Below, piece after piece: positions 48,012-57,043 of a stretch of 57,705 nucleotides of DNA (positions are counted from its first letter, which is position 1; each line of letters opens with the position of its first letter). A program made the translations under genes and the position numbers. The DNA is from a virus (lineage: Duplodnaviria > Caudoviricetes). The DNA is taken from the IMG/VR virus record IMGVR_UViG_3300010289_000001, positions 1-57,705 of that record. One strand, written 5' to 3'. Below the pieces are notes generated by a model, which saw only the letters and a list, made by a program, of their open reading frames with translations, made no database searches and was not told where the DNA came from.

Positions 48012-50800
48012 TTAACTAATCCGCCTTTCTTCATTTGCTCAATAACCATATCAGGAGTAATTTTTTTAGTACATTCAAATTGTCTATCTGTATCTTTATG
48101 TCTAGGGCACCACATCCATTGCCCACGATCAAAGTTATTATTAACATCATTAAAACACCCATGACACACATCTTCATTGATAACTCTTATAATATTAGAT
48201 TTAAATTCTGCAGTACGTTTACTAAATCCTGAAATCATAACTACAGGTTTTCTTAGTGCCCAAGATAACCAAGCTGGTCCAGCACTAACTCCCATAAAGA
48301 ATTCCGAATGGTAAATATTATTCATAGTTTCTTGAATTGTTAAACCAGTTTTATTAATAATATTTTTTAATGAAGTTTGTTCCCTACTAATAACCATAAC
48401 TTTATACCCGTTAGAACTTAACCAATCTATTATTTTTTGCCATCCATCGGGATAGTTCCAAAATTTACATTGAAATGTCGAAAATTCAGATATAGTAACA
48501 TACTTTTCTTCAATTGGCCTTTCTTTAGGAACAAAATCAATATCAGTAATTATCTCTTTATATTCAATTCCTAATGTATCTGCAGCAACTTTCTGTAGCG
48601 GAACAGTTCTCCAATCTACTTTATTTTTCCATATGTTTCCTTCATAACACCCGATTGTATATGATGCATACAAGTTACTAATAGGAGTTCCTGGTTTTAC
48701 AAATTCAAGGTTAGAATATGTTGGGTGTTTTTCGAACAAGGTATTCCAAAATGTTGATACTATAACTTTACACTCATTTTTCTTTCTAAACTCTTCTACA
48801 TATGGTATCCAGGCAATAGTATCGCCGAGTGACCTAGAATCAAAACTAATTAAAACTTTTTTTCCTTTTGCATCATATTTATGTTTATACTCCAATTTTC
48901 CATTTCGTTTTATAGTAATAGTATAATTTGTGAAATACTTTCTGTGAGGTCTAGTCCAATTATTTATTCTCAATGTTGTTTGATGAACACTAGAATTATT
49001 ATCTAAATCTAAAACATCAACAAGATAGAAACTTGGATCATCATTATCTCCTCTAATTTCTATAAATGGTCCATCAACAAAATGTGTTATATAAGTTGGT
49101 CTGCTTCTTAAAGGTTCTCTTACTTTTGTTGAAATACATTTAATTTCTTCGCCATAACCATTATCATTTAAATCACAGAATTCCACTTTTAACCCCAAAC
49201 GAGACAATAACCATCTTAAACTCCCAATATTAAAACCACAAAAATGAGTATTACCGGGATGTGATTGACTACCAAATATTCTGTGAATCTCAAACCACTT
49301 TTGTTCATCATTTGCATTTAACCATATTTTAACTTCTCTCTCTAAATTGGGAACCCTAATTTCAAGTTTCCCTCCAACTTTTAACACTCGTTTCCACTCT
49401 TCAATTACTTCATAAACATCATTTATTCCAACATGTTCAAAAATATGTGATGCATAAATTTCACTAACACTTTCTGTTTTAAAAGGTAGTATTTTAAAGT
49501 CTGAACAAAGATCTACTTGACCTGTGTTGTTAAAACGATCAATATTAATATAACCAGGGCGAATGTCATTACCGCATCCCAAGTTGAGTTTAATTTCTTT
49601 AGCTAGTGGTATTGTTTCAGGAACAACATAAGTTGTTTTCTTAACCAAATCATCAATAATTTCTTTAGCTTTTAATGCAGCATTATCCCAAGAGTAAGCT
49701 TCACGGATATATTTAGAAAGTTTAACAGCTCGGTCTCTTAGATGACTTTCTTTTGCAGTTATCATTATTTTTGCAAGATGGTCAAAATCTGGTTCCCCCC
49801 AGACTCCAATATCAAAATTATCTCCAAGCATAAATACTTTTTCAGGTTTCTTAAAAGTAGGAACATCAACAAGCAGAGAGATTCCATCCGCAAATTCTAG
49901 TTGGCCACTCCAGTTTGAACATATTGTAGGAATGCCACAAGCTATAGCTTCTATTAATGGTAGATTCCATCCTTCAGATCTTGCACAACTAACAAAGCAA
50001 TCCCCAACTTGCAACCATTTTGTATATTCATCATCAGATGGAAAATGTAATACTTTAATATTTGGATGCTCTAATCCATAATGCTTTAGTCTTTCTTCCG
50101 TAGAACTCATGTTATCAACAGGAAATGGATTATCAGCAGACAAAACTAAATACGATAATTCATCATCTTTGAATGTATTATAGAATGTTCTAACAATTTC
50201 AGTAACAGATTTTCTATAATCCCACCTTCCAAAGAATAGATAAATAAATGCATTTATTGGAATGTTATATTTTTTGCATAATTCTGATCTTGCGAAATTG
50301 CGGTCATTACCAAGTAAAGGATAAAATCTTTTTCCATCAACTCCTTCTGGAACTACTTTAACTCTATCTTCTGGGTATCCTTGTTCAATTGTACAACGAC
50401 GTTGCCATTCTGTGGGGCACCAGAACTGATCATATTGTAAAATTCTATTAAAAAATTCTGGAATTTGTTTTGTTGCTTCCCAAACATTATATGCAACTTT
50501 GGGAGAATCGTAGTTATCATAGAAAAAATAATGATGACTTTCATTGAGAACAAGATTAACATAAGTGGTATCAGAATCTTTAATAAACGGAGTTCCTATT
50601 TTAAATGGATAGTCATTCCATTTTTGTTCAATTATCATATCACGTTGAACTTGACTTAGATAAGATAAATCAGGAGTATAAGTATAGTTTCTTATTCTTG
50701 TTGGATAGTGTTTGTTAAGGTGGGTAAAAAAATTTCTAGAATGATTGTTGTAACCTGTAAAACCTAAAAACGATGTGTGGCCAACTATTCCAATTTTCAT
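48008..50800 (-). CDS. Three-domain fusion: GT4 glycosyltransferase + SAM methyltransferase + TibC/AAH-like O-heptosyltransferase
   Basis: GRWDYRK and SEGWNLPLIEAIACG (GT4); LNLGCG…SHIFEH…KVGG…RVPN (MTase); SLGDTIAW, GVSAGPAWLSWA, CHGCFND…WCPRH…FEC (heptosyltransferase iron finger). Confidence 0.88.
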   Translation of the reverse strand: MKIGIVGHTSFLGFTGYNNHSRNFFTHLNKHYPTRIRNYTYTPDLSYLSQVQRDMIIEQKWNDYPFKIGTPFIKDSDTTYVNLVLNESHHYFFYDNYDSPKVAYNVWEATKQIPEFFNRILQYDQFWCPTEWQRRCTIEQGYPEDRVKVVPEGVDGKRFYPLLGNDRNFARSELCKKYNIPINAFIYLFFGRWDYRKSVTEIVRTFYNTFKDDELSYLVLSADNPFPVDNMSSTEERLKHYGLEHPNIKVLHFPSDDEYTKWLQVGDCFVSCARSEGWNLPLIEAIACGIPTICSNWSGQLEFADGISLLVDVPTFKKPEKVFMLGDNFDIGVWGEPDFDHLAKIMITAKESHLRDRAVKLSKYIREAYSWDNAALKAKEIIDDLVKKTTYVVPETIPLAKEIKLNLGCGNDIRPGYINIDRFNNTGQVDLCSDFKILPFKTESVSEIYASHIFEHVGINDVYEVIEEWKRVLKVGGKLEIRVPNLEREVKIWLNANDEQKWFEIHRIFGSQSHPGNTHFCGFNIGSLRWLLSRLGLKVEFCDLNDNGYGEEIKCISTKVREPLRSRPTYITHFVDGPFIEIRGDNDDPSFYLVDVLDLDNNSSVHQTTLRINNWTRPHRKYFTNYTITIKRNGKLEYKHKYDAKGKKVLISFDSRSLGDTIAWIPYVEEFRKKNECKVIVSTFWNTLFEKHPTYSNLEFVKPGTPISNLYASYTIGCYEGNIWKNKVDWRTVPLQKVAADTLGIEYKEIITDIDFVPKERPIEEKYVTISEFSTFQCKFWNYPDGWQKIIDWLSSNGYKVMVISREQTSLKNIINKTGLTIQETMNNIYHSEFFMGVSAGPAWLSWALRKPVVMISGFSKRTAEFKSNIIRVINEDVCHGCFNDVNNNFDRGQWMWCPRHKDTDRQFECTKKITPDMVIEQMKKGGLVK

Positions 50801-50820
50801 AATATCAAACCTTTCGCAAA

Positions 50821-51237
50821 TTATTTTAAAATTTGTTCTAATTTATCATTTGATTTCATCGGTATTTGACGACGAGCTTTAAACCATCCTCTCCATGCAA
50901 ATAGTACTACGGACCAATACATACAAAATACTTTCCATTCAGGAACTTTTAGAACTCTCAAAGCTTCTCTAAATATTTTATCACAAGTTAATTTTGGATA
51001 TAAACCTTCTCTATAACAATAATCATGAACTACAGCTGCTTTTCCATGCTCATCAACAGGAGAAATTATTGGCCAAAATATTCGAGGGACACTAGCAAAA
51101 TCAGTTTCGAAACCAACTGGTACATAAATAATAATTTCGCTAGGATATTTACCAACATGATATTCAAATGGATTATAAACTCTCCATCTATTAGGGCCTA
51201 TTAGTTCTCCGACAAATGGTTGTGTGAATTGACTCAT
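50821..51237 (-). CDS. DUF1353 family protein
   Basis: VPVGFETDFASVPR…AAVVHDYCY…DKIF. Confidence 0.85.
   Translation of the reverse strand: MSQFTQPFVGELIGPNRWRVYNPFEYHVGKYPSEIIIYVPVGFETDFASVPRIFWPIISPVDEHGKAAVVHDYCYREGLYPKLTCDKIFREALRVLKVPEWKVFCMYWSVVLFAWRGWFKARRQIPMKSNDKLEQILK
50832..50842 (-). promoter_or_regulatory. Motif B (ATTAGAACAAA) upstream of the glycosyltransferase
   Basis: Lies in the 3' end of the DUF1353 gene, about 30 nt before ATG 50800. Confidence 0.55.
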
Positions 51238-51803
51238 AATGATGGATTGCAAGTGGATACTGGTTTATTTGCAGATAAAACTAAATCTCTTAAAGAATTG
51301 ATCATAGTTCTATCTTTTTCAATAATTCCTTTATAATAAGCTCTAACTGACTCATCTGTTGATTTCGTATCTGTGGCTTGTTCAACCCCAATACTGAATG
51401 TCATATTGTAATTATGATTTATGCACATATTAAACCATCGAACTAACATAGTTTCGCCATTAGGTAAAAGAATATCATTTATAACCTCTTTATATTTTTC
51501 ATCATCTCGTTCCGCACAAATTTTCACCAAGCCATGTATTTGTTTAACAATTTCTCTATTATTTTCTGGAATAAAATCTAACCAGCATTTTTCTAAAATT
51601 TCTTCTTCACTTTTAAATCCAAGAACTCTCGCCAAATTATAATTGCACAACTTTATATTTAACTTTTCGTCTAAAATAACTACGAATAAATTAGAATAAT
51701 TTAACATATCCCAAATAGCTTTTTTGAGAGATAAAGATTCATTTTTATATTTATCAAGTTGTTCTCTTAATTCGTTTATTTCTTTTTGAATATTTTCTAC
51801 CAT
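51234..51803 (-). CDS. Stand-alone PAS-domain protein
   Basis: VVILDEKLNIKLCNYNLARVLGF…EEIL…WLDFIPE…LPNGETMLVRW. Confidence 0.75.
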   Translation of the reverse strand: MVENIQKEINELREQLDKYKNESLSLKKAIWDMLNYSNLFVVILDEKLNIKLCNYNLARVLGFKSEEEILEKCWLDFIPENNREIVKQIHGLVKICAERDDEKYKEVINDILLPNGETMLVRWFNMCINHNYNMTFSIGVEQATDTKSTDESVRAYYKGIIEKDRTMINSLRDLVLSANKPVSTCNPSL

Positions 51804-51833
51804 ATTTTTCCCCACTCCTTTTAATTATTTTTA

Positions 51834-52346
51834 CTAATTTATAATTTGAACACCTAGTTTAAGTGCAACCTTCTGTAAAATCTTTAATATCTCATTTGTT
51901 TTATCATTATGTGAAAAAACGAAGTAAACAAGAGTTAAAACACTTATAATTATACTACCCATACCTATATAAGCACCGTAAATATGGTTCTTTAAAGAAG
52001 AATGTGACTTTGTATTATCTATAGTCATTTGAATACTTGAATCTTTAAGTTCATTTAATTTTTCACTTAAGTTCTCTTCCAATCCAGAACAAGTATCTTG
52101 TATTTCATTATGACTAATTTTTGCATCGGAGGACCACCTTTCAATTCTATCAGCCATTAAATTAACTCTATCACAAATTTGATTTTGCTTTGAAGCTAAA
52201 GTATCTTGTTTCTCGAAAATTTTTTGTTGGTTTTCAATTAGTTGTTTTTGTTGTTCTGCTAAAGTTGAATTTAAAGTGATCATATTTTTGTAACTTTCCA
52301 TAAGCAAATAAAGGTCTTCTTTACTAAGGCCTTTTACATCATCCAT
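51834..52346 (-). CDS. Coiled-coil protein with C-terminal TM helix
   Basis: Q/E-rich heptads followed by IGMGSIIISVLTLVYFVF. Confidence 0.7.
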   Translation of the reverse strand: MDDVKGLSKEDLYLLMESYKNMITLNSTLAEQQKQLIENQQKIFEKQDTLASKQNQICDRVNLMADRIERWSSDAKISHNEIQDTCSGLEENLSEKLNELKDSSIQMTIDNTKSHSSLKNHIYGAYIGMGSIIISVLTLVYFVFSHNDKTNEILKILQKVALKLGVQIIN

Positions 52347-52367
52347 ATATTACCTCTTAAATTAAAC

Positions 52368-52386
52368 TATATATATTAATTATTGA
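52368..52386 (+). promoter_or_regulatory. Motif A copy with no plus-strand gene downstream
   Basis: TATATATATTAATTATTGA. Confidence 0.55.
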
Positions 52387-52464
52387 CATTATCTTCAGGT
52401 ATCAACTATAATTTTTGGTCTACTATTCTTTAAAATCGATAAGTTTTGTGATTTACTACCATTC

Positions 52465-52821
52465 TTACTTTTTCCAATTTTTATTTGGTTGCTCTAAATT
52501 TTTATTTACTGTATAATCCAAAGTTATTTCATCGCCCGAATTTATATCCTTTAATGCATAAACTCTATAGCATCCATCACTACCCTTTTTTGAAATTGCA
52601 TTCGGATTGGTAGAATGATTTAATTTCCTTCCGAATTTTGTAACTTGAAGATCTCCATTTGATAAGCGAATGATGTGCTTATTAATAAATTCCCCTTTTT
52701 TAAAATCTCTTTTTGAAAACGCTCCAAGCCCATGTATTGATGATTTTCTAATTTCAAAGTTATCTTCTAAAGAATCATCATTTAATAGCTGCTCTATTTG
52801 TAGGTCTATTGTTTTCATCAT
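52465..52821 (-). CDS. SET-domain lysine methyltransferase
   Basis: SSIHGLGAF…KKGEFI, LNHSTNPN, ALKDINSGDEITLDY. Confidence 0.9.
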   Translation of the reverse strand: MMKTIDLQIEQLLNDDSLEDNFEIRKSSIHGLGAFSKRDFKKGEFINKHIIRLSNGDLQVTKFGRKLNHSTNPNAISKKGSDGCYRVYALKDINSGDEITLDYTVNKNLEQPNKNWKK

Positions 52822-52825
52822 ATAT

Positions 52826-52836
52826 TTGTTCTAAAA
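52826..52836 (-). promoter_or_regulatory. Motif B (TTTAGAACAAA)
   Basis: Immediately upstream of the SET gene start. Confidence 0.6.
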
Positions 52837-52951
52837 AGAAAGGGGAAAACCATGAACTTGCTTTCATGTAATGGGTGTGGTACAGATATTATTTTCACGT
52901 GACTTCATTTTATCTTACCTTTAAAACTATATGGGGGGAGGCAGAAAAGTA

Positions 52952-53188
52952 ATGGCATCAATCCAGGCTTCTTTTTCAGTTGGAAAGAAATTAGTTATCA
53001 GAAACTATAAGAAAGTTCCAGATTATTGGACTGAAAAAATGAAAAAATATATGGGAAAGGAAGTAACAGTTAAATCAATTGGGCTGAACTCAAAAACTTC
53101 TATACCTAAATTTATTAAAATCGAGGAAGACCAGAAAGAAGTTCCAGGTGGGTGGCAATGGTCTCCTTACAACTTTATTGAAAGATGA
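52952..53188 (+). CDS. Hypothetical protein
   Basis: GGAGG SD before ATG 52952. Confidence 0.7.
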   Translation: MASIQASFSVGKKLVIRNYKKVPDYWTEKMKKYMGKEVTVKSIGLNSKTSIPKFIKIEEDQKEVPGGWQWSPYNFIER

Positions 53189-53358
53189 GAACTAAAGATA
53201 TCTGTAAAGGGTGCAATTTCCAATGCACCCTTAAATTTTTAATGACTAAGGATATAGAAAAATTATTCCCTTGTTATAAGTATATTGTAAAAATGAGATA
53301 TAGTAAGTTATATCAAATCAGAAGAGATGCATTTAATGAAACTCAAAAAAATACATAA
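53185..53358 (+). pseudogene. Degenerate Cys-rich paralog of 54474-54806 (57 aa)
   Basis: CKGCNFQC…FPCYKYIVKMRYSKLY vs CEGCNC…CPCQTCLVKITC; ATGA overlap with the upstream stop. Confidence 0.45.
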
Positions 53359-53452
53359 AGGAAATTGAAAAATGAAAAAATTGCTATAATCATTTTGGTA
53401 TTAATCTGTTACCTGGTACCAATAATAACTTATTACTAAAAGGAGGTTATTG

Positions 53453-53833
53453 ATGTTCGAAATTCAAGATTATATCAAAAGTGTAGAAGTTAATTGGTGG
53501 GTGTTGGAAAAGCTGAAGGACAATTTTGGCGATCGTTTGGGAACTATAATTAAGTTCAATCTGAAGGAATACCCGAACAAAGATATTTCTGGATTCAAAG
53601 TTAGAGAGTGGTTTAAGCACATTCTGGCTTTAGTTGGGTACCCATACTATCATATTCAGAATCTCGGGTATAATGAAATGGCGGAATGCTGGGTGACATT
53701 GATGACTCCAACAGAACTTCATATTCGTCATAAATATTGGTCGTATAAGAAGGCCATCATGATCGTTCGCCTTCTTAAAGAATTTTGTGAGGGAGCAGGA
53801 ATTCCATATTCAAAGTTTGAACAAGCTAGGTAA
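53453..53833 (+). CDS. Hypothetical protein
   Basis: AGGAGG SD. Confidence 0.75.
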   Translation: MFEIQDYIKSVEVNWWVLEKLKDNFGDRLGTIIKFNLKEYPNKDISGFKVREWFKHILALVGYPYYHIQNLGYNEMAECWVTLMTPTELHIRHKYWSYKKAIMIVRLLKEFCEGAGIPYSKFEQAR

Positions 53834-53840
53834 ATCAAAC

Positions 53841-53870
53841 TAGGGGGGAAGGTCGCCAAGACTTCCCCTA
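53841..53870 (+). terminator. Terminator-like hairpin (bulged-G family)
   Basis: GGGGAAG-G-TC-GCCAA-GA-CTTCCCC. Confidence 0.6.
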
Positions 53871-53906
53871 AGGAGAATTATTTTTTGCTTTAAATACCTT
53901 GTTTTT

Positions 53907-53925
53907 TATATATATTAATGCTTGA
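53907..53925 (+). promoter_or_regulatory. Motif A
   Basis: TATATATATTAATGCTTGA upstream of 53964. Confidence 0.7.
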
Positions 53926-53963
53926 TATTAGAAACCAATAACTTATTATGAAAGGAGATTGTC

Positions 53964-54146
53964 ATGATTATCTACGTCGGGGCATTTTTTGGGTTCATGG
54001 TTGCTGTAGCGTTGGGCCTTTACTTCACTGGCAGGAAGCGGCCGAAAGGCTGCAAATGCACAGGCGCTTATAACAACCTGTGGGTGGACATTTCGCCAGA
54101 GTGCCCACTCCATCGACATCATCTGGAAAGTGACCTGTTAAAATAA
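53964..54146 (+). CDS. Small membrane-anchored Cys/His protein
   Basis: AAGGAG SD, N-terminal TM, CKC…CPLH. Confidence 0.7.
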   Translation: MIIYVGAFFGFMVAVALGLYFTGRKRPKGCKCTGAYNNLWVDISPECPLHRHHLESDLLK

Positions 54147-54195
54147 AAACTTGGGGAGGTCTACACGACTCCCCATCTCAAAAAAGGAGAAGAAT

Positions 54196-54333
54196 ATGCT
54201 ACCTTTCATGATTATTTTGTGTCCTTCTCTTGTGCTTGCATGTTTTGCTTTAATGTTTCTTGTATCTTTACTTAAAACCAAAGTGGGATTAGGTATTATA
54301 TTGTTCATATTTTTAGCATCTTTTTTTGTATAG
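54196..54333 (+). CDS. Small 2-TM membrane protein
   Basis: AAGGAG SD before ATG 54196. Confidence 0.6.
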   Translation: MLPFMIILCPSLVLACFALMFLVSLLKTKVGLGIILFIFLASFFV

Positions 54334-54355
54334 AGGAGTAGAGGAGTAGAGGAGT
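54332..54355 (+). repeat. 3 x AGAGGAGT tandem repeat
   Basis: Direct reading. Confidence 0.8.
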
Positions 54356-54473
54356 TCAGGATCAGATCAGAATAGATTAATTCATATGTACCGTTTGGTA
54401 TTCCTTTTTTGATTAAAAATCAATCAATTTTCCCTATAGAAAATCTAACGATTTTTTTAGAAAGGAGAAAATA

Positions 54474-54806
54474 TTGAGTATAATTGAAAATTACAAGAGG
54501 TGTGAAGGATGCAATTGTTTTGTAAGAAATGATATTGACAAAAGAATTTGTATTCTAATTAGAAGAAGTTATTATAAATATATATCAGAAAAGTGTCCAT
54601 GCCAAACATGTCTTGTTAAAATAACCTGTCTACATCATTTAATTGATAGAATCAGTATGGATAAAAATTTTTGTGAAAAACTATACAAATATTTTCACAG
54701 TATTTTTAAATATGGTATAGTAGTTAGAAAAGATGGAAGAAGAAAAGATTTCATTGTTAGAAAAAAGGTGAAGAAAAGATTTAAATTAAAGGAGATTAAC
54801 TCATGA
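54474..54806 (+). CDS. Cys-rich hypothetical protein
   Basis: AAGGAG SD; CEGCNC, CPCQTC. Confidence 0.7.
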   Translation: MSIIENYKRCEGCNCFVRNDIDKRICILIRRSYYKYISEKCPCQTCLVKITCLHHLIDRISMDKNFCEKLYKYFHSIFKYGIVVRKDGRRKDFIVRKKVKKRFKLKEINS

Positions 54807-55073
54807 AAATTTTAATAATTTTAATTCTACTTTTACATCAGTAGTTTATAGTGCAGAAGTAATTCTTTCTATAAAACATAAAATATTCCTATTTATATTA
54901 AACCAGATACAAAAAGCAAGATAATAATGAGATTAGAACCAGGTCTTATATTAAAAGCAACAGATATGAATAGGGAAACTCGACTTATCTATTATCAAGT
55001 ATTATTACCAAATGGAAAACTAGGATAGGTGCGCGAAACTCATTTTACTAATAATGAAGAAACCCCAAGATGA
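54803..55073 (+). pseudogene. Decayed secreted SH3b-like domain gene
   Basis: Signal-peptide-like start (AAGGAG SD), two frameshifts, then IYIKPDTKSKIIMRLEPG…YYQVLLPNGKLG*V with TAG where Trp is expected. Confidence 0.6.
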
Positions 55074-55122
55074 CTAGTTCTATTTAATCAAGCGCGAAAG
55101 CATGGAGTATCTTCCATAAAAT

Positions 55123-55152
55123 AAAAAAGGGTCTCTATCGACTCCTTTTTTT
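55123..55152. terminator. Bidirectional terminator
   Basis: AAAAAAGG-GTC…GAC-T-CCTTTTTTT between convergent genes. Confidence 0.65.
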
Positions 55153-55153
55153 C

Positions 55154-56485
55154 TTAATAAAGTCTTTCTAAAGATGCAGAAATGAGCATTTCTTTAATTG
55201 ATTTCCCCTTATAATCAACAATTAACTTAACCATATCTTTCCAATCTTCAGGATTACCAACTCTAGCATCTATAGCAGCTTTAACTGATCTAAAAGTCAC
55301 ATTAATCTTGGGGTCATTAATATGTAACAATTTTATGTAATTAAAAACTTCTAATTTAACTTCATAAGGAACTTGAGGAGCAACAAATTTCAAAAGCTTT
55401 TCCAATGCATCTATTATTTCTTTAGCATTAAAAGATACTTCTACTACAGGAGATCTACTTCTTAAAGCTAAATCTATATCTTCCTTTTTCTTATTGGTAA
55501 TCATTATAATTTGGCCAGTAAATTCAAATTTAGAAGGAGCGTCGCTTCTTTCCTGTGTTTGAGTTGTCAATATCTTTTCTGGAGATAATGAAACTATTCT
55601 TTTTCCATAAGAATCAGTAACGGCTTTCATTAAATTAATAACATCTTCATTTTGTAAAGGAGTATCAAAATCATCAAGAACCAATAACTTATTTCTATAA
55701 TCATACAAGAGTTGATATATTGCATTAATACCAAGAGCGGATCCCTTTTCAATTTTATAATCCTTACCAGGACTTTTTCCTTCAAAATGTAACGTTCTTC
55801 TAACCATATAAGTTTTAGACATACCAGGAGGACCACATAATATCAATGAATTAATTTGTTTATCCAAAACTAATTTTATATAATTTTCAAGTCTATTAAA
55901 CATTTCAAAACCAGATTCATTTTTCGCTTGACCTTGAAACAACTCTTTATTTAAATCAGATTCAATTTTGGTATTAACATAATATTCTTCAGTCGCATAT
56001 TTAACAGTTTTAAAATAATACCAAGCAATTAGTATTAGAGAAGTAACTGTTACAATACCACTAATAATTGGAACAACTTTAAGAACAAAAAAATCGCCAG
56101 TTCTGGCCCAAAAGTCTTCTTTTATTATATCTAAATTTTCTCTAATTCTTTTAGCCGGAACCCGAAACTTACTTTTACTAATAAAATCACCAACAAACTT
56201 GATAAAGCCATTAAGATCAAAATCGTCTTTAAATTCAAAGAACATAGCAGGACGAAGAGTAATGTCATATACTATAAACACTATAGGATTAGAAAATGTT
56301 TCGTCTTTAGATCCAAAAGCTACCATCTTATTTGGTTTTCTACCATCATTTAAAAAGTATTTTTGTAAAAATAATTTACCGTAACTGTTAAAAACTTCAC
56401 TATCAATAGATGGATGTTTCTTAATTGACTTAATTCCAGGTACTTTTTGGTTTTGAAAATTAGTGGCTATAGTTTTAAGATCCAT
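55154..56485 (-). CDS. AAA+ ATPase with central TM segment
   Basis: Walker A-like GPPGMSKT, Walker B LLVLDDFD, MITN, ALRSR; TM VVPIISGIVTVTSLILIAWYY; start set at ATG 56485. Confidence 0.8.
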   Translation of the reverse strand: MDLKTIATNFQNQKVPGIKSIKKHPSIDSEVFNSYGKLFLQKYFLNDGRKPNKMVAFGSKDETFSNPIVFIVYDITLRPAMFFEFKDDFDLNGFIKFVGDFISKSKFRVPAKRIRENLDIIKEDFWARTGDFFVLKVVPIISGIVTVTSLILIAWYYFKTVKYATEEYYVNTKIESDLNKELFQGQAKNESGFEMFNRLENYIKLVLDKQINSLILCGPPGMSKTYMVRRTLHFEGKSPGKDYKIEKGSALGINAIYQLLYDYRNKLLVLDDFDTPLQNEDVINLMKAVTDSYGKRIVSLSPEKILTTQTQERSDAPSKFEFTGQIIMITNKKKEDIDLALRSRSPVVEVSFNAKEIIDALEKLLKFVAPQVPYEVKLEVFNYIKLLHINDPKINVTFRSVKAAIDARVGNPEDWKDMVKLIVDYKGKSIKEMLISASLERLY

Positions 56486-56523
56486 TTTTTTAATCCCTTT
56501 TACATAATGAAAAATATTTATAT

Positions 56524-56557
56524 TTTGTTCTTGTTTTTTATACATATCAATATCTGA
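56524..56557. promoter_or_regulatory. Divergent motif B variant (minus) and motif A variant (plus)
   Basis: TTTGTTCTTG and TATACATATCAATATCTGA between divergent genes. Confidence 0.55.
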
Positions 56558-56597
56558 TAAGATGCTAACTATTTTTAAAGGATAGAAAGGAACTATA

Positions 56598-56909
56598 ATG
56601 ACCAAACAAGAAATCCTAATGTCTTTAACTACAGATGAAATCCTTTATGTATATTCGGGCAAAGCAAATAAATGCTGTTGTGGTTGTAGTGGTAACTACA
56701 GATACAATTCAAAACATATAGAATTAGGAACTAGAGATAGAGGATATAAAATTAGTCAAGATGAAGTAAATGATAAACAAGTATCAAAAGTATTAGACAT
56801 AATAAAAAAGAATTCTAGCTTATTAGAAAAAGACTTAGAAGATAATCTGTTTTCAGTAATAGTTGATAACCGCTTATATATGGCGAAAACTATATATATT
56901 CATAACTGA
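56598..56909 (+). CDS. Hypothetical protein
   Basis: YSGK…CCCGCSGNY motif; AAGGA SD. Confidence 0.7.
   Translation: MTKQEILMSLTTDEILYVYSGKANKCCCGCSGNYRYNSKHIELGTRDRGYKISQDEVNDKQVSKVLDIIKKNSSLLEKDLEDNLFSVIVDNRLYMAKTIYIHN
56891..56909 (+). promoter_or_regulatory. Motif A variant
   Basis: TATATATATTCATAACTGA upstream of the 26-aa ORF. Confidence 0.6.
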
Positions 56910-56956
56910 ATTAAGAACTTAACTTATTATTAAAAGATCAACTAGGAGGAGGGTAT

Positions 56957-57037
56957 ATGAAGTTGTACTCCAATTTATTTAAAATGTTGGCATTCTTTAC
57001 AATTCTTACTATGTGGGGAATAATGTTCGCATTGTAA
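56957..57037 (+). CDS. 26-aa hydrophobic peptide (not in ORF track)
   Basis: MKLYSNLFKMLAFFTILTMWGIMFAL*; AGGAGG SD, motif A upstream, terminator downstream. Confidence 0.7.
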   Translation: MKLYSNLFKMLAFFTILTMWGIMFAL

Positions 57038-57043
57038 ACTTTT

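Noticed and set aside
55026-55028. In-frame TAG suggesting stop-codon recoding
   Set aside because: Long genes are intact under the standard code and several end in TAG (e.g. 8502, 11610, 32159); the same ORF also has frameshifts, so decay is simpler.
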